IMG/VR virus record: IMGVR_UViG_3300034102_003113
Strand: one strand, 5' to 3'
DNA from: a virus
DNA length: 64,000 bases
Made by a program: the position numbers and the translations under genes. The notes beneath the pieces were generated by a model. It saw only the letters and a program-made list of their open reading frames with translations. It ran no database searches and was not told the origin of the DNA. Positions 62,871-64,000 of the stretch are shown one piece after another. Each line of letters opens with the position of its first letter. Positions within the stretch are counted from its first letter, which is position 1.

Positions 62871-64000
62871 GTGGGAGTTTATTCAGGGCCTGATATAAAC
62901 GAAAATGGGTTAATTTTGGCATTTGATGGTGCCAACTATAAAAGTTTTAAAGGTGAAGGAACCATTAATTTAATTCCATCTCCAACAATTAATGCATATC
63001 CAACAACTGGAAATGGTTGGGGAAGTTATAATACAAATCAATATGGTTCAGGAACTTATTTTTCTATTGGAACTGTAAGTAATGTAACAAATAATATCAT
63101 TACGATGACATCTGCTCATTCGTTAAGAACCTATGATGTAATGCAACCACAAACAACTGGTGGTGGAGTAAATGCGGGAGTTAATTATTTTATAAAGAAA
63201 GTATCAAGTACTTCATTTACTCTTCATGCATATAATAGCTCTCAAGATGGTTCTCAAGGATACATAAGTTCATCCACAGGAACTCATAAAGTTTATGATA
63301 GTATTGCAAATGACGTAAGAGTACCAGTAAATTCCTCAAGTTTTCCTACGATGTGGTGGGGGTATCCTCACTTACCAAACTCTGGTCTTGTGAAAGAATT
63401 AAGATACGGTGAGTTTAATGCAATACCAAATCTTCCAGCAAATGATTGTATTCGTCTTCATTACATAAGAACCGACGGAGTTATGGATGGGATGTCATAT
63501 GGAGTAGATTGTTCAATAACCCCAGGTTCTCCGGTCACGGTATCTTTTTACACCAGAGCAGCAAATGCAAACGCTGTTGGTAAACAGATTCAGTATCAAA
63601 TTTATAATTATACTGGAGGAAGTGCTACTTGGTCTGCTTGGAATTTTACCTTAGGTGCGCTTGGGATGTGGGAAAGGCAAACTTTTACATACACTCCCGC
63701 ATACGCAAATATGATTTCTTACTGGTTTGCTGCGAGTGTCGGCGTGTATGCCTGGGATTGGTCTTGTATGCAGGTAGAGCAAAAGTCTTATTCTACTAGC
63801 TTTGTTGCTGGTACAAGAGGTACTACTATAGCAACAGGTGGTGGTTGGGCAAATTTAACTGGAAGTGGAAATAATGCAGAACTTATAAATGGAGTGAGAG
63901 AGAGCAATGATAAGTTGGGATCTTTAAGTTTTGATGGAATGGATGATTATGTGAATTGTGGGGCATTATCTGGGTCATTTTCCTCATTTACAATAATTAC
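62871..64000 (+). CDS. LamG domain protein, partial (runs off the window)
   Basis: GTG start after GAGGAG; NGLILAFDGANYKSFKG...RGTTIATGGGWANLTG, paralogous to 59508. Confidence 0.75.
   Translation, partial: MGVYSGPDINENGLILAFDGANYKSFKGEGTINLIPSPTINAYPTTGNGWGSYNTNQYGSGTYFSIGTVSNVTNNIITMTSAHSLRTYDVMQPQTTGGGVNAGVNYFIKKVSSTSFTLHAYNSSQDGSQGYISSSTGTHKVYDSIANDVRVPVNSSSFPTMWWGYPHLPNSGLVKELRYGEFNAIPNLPANDCIRLHYIRTDGVMDGMSYGVDCSITPGSPVTVSFYTRAANANAVGKQIQYQIYNYTGGSATWSAWNFTLGALGMWERQTFTYTPAYANMISYWFAASVGVYAWDWSCMQVEQKSYSTSFVAGTRGTTIATGGGWANLTGSGNNAELINGVRESNDKLGSLSFDGMDDYVNCGALSGSFSSFTII

Noticed and set aside
45902-64000. Diversity-generating retroelement or invertase shufflon acting on fibres
   Set aside because: No reverse transcriptase, no TR/VR pair differing at adenines, no recombinase or inverted cassettes in the window
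1-64000. CRISPR array, group I intron, intein, integrase or stop-codon recoding
   Set aside because: No regularly spaced repeat-spacer array seen; conserved genes are uninterrupted in the standard code; no suppressor tRNA or recombinase motifs

Overview
This 64 kb window comes from a large lytic myovirus genome, almost certainly a cyanophage: it carries hli, an SLH-porin, a CP12-type C-terminal motif and 10 tRNAs, eight of them with U34 anticodons. It is not a T4-like core. The head module is Mu-like (DUF935-type portal, Mu I-type protease/scaffold, gp36/gp37-like completion proteins), and the family A DNA polymerase is clearly of the mitochondrial Pol-gamma type. Layout: 0-7.2 kb holds host-metabolism and envelope genes plus tRNAs; 7.3-11.2 kb DNA repair and replication; 11-19.3 kb a dense, mostly AT-rich array of small early ORFs; 19.9-30 kb (- strand) Dps, head completion, capsid, protease and sheath; 30-38.8 kb dCMP deaminase, an LRR protein, a 1298-aa orphan and a LOG-like protein; 38.9-64 kb (+ strand) portal, tube and a long mosaic fibre/LamG region. 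Main signals read directly from the sequence: (1) an oriented GTTTAAAG motif mostly 22-40 nt upstream of morphogenesis transcription units, a candidate non-T4 late promoter, with one copy inside the protease gene ahead of an in-frame Met that marks a nested scaffold gene; (2) a separate sigma70-like extended -10 promoter class for early genes; (3) fibre genes built from GNVGIGT-bounded modules whose base composition changes at the repeats; (4) an orphan TacA/DUF1778-like antitoxin C-terminus, a CP12 C-terminus-only protein, and an iron/haem/oxidative-stress gene set (GlcG/HbpS, SLH mini-porin, Dps, Hli). All family assignments come from motif recognition by eye; no searches were run.
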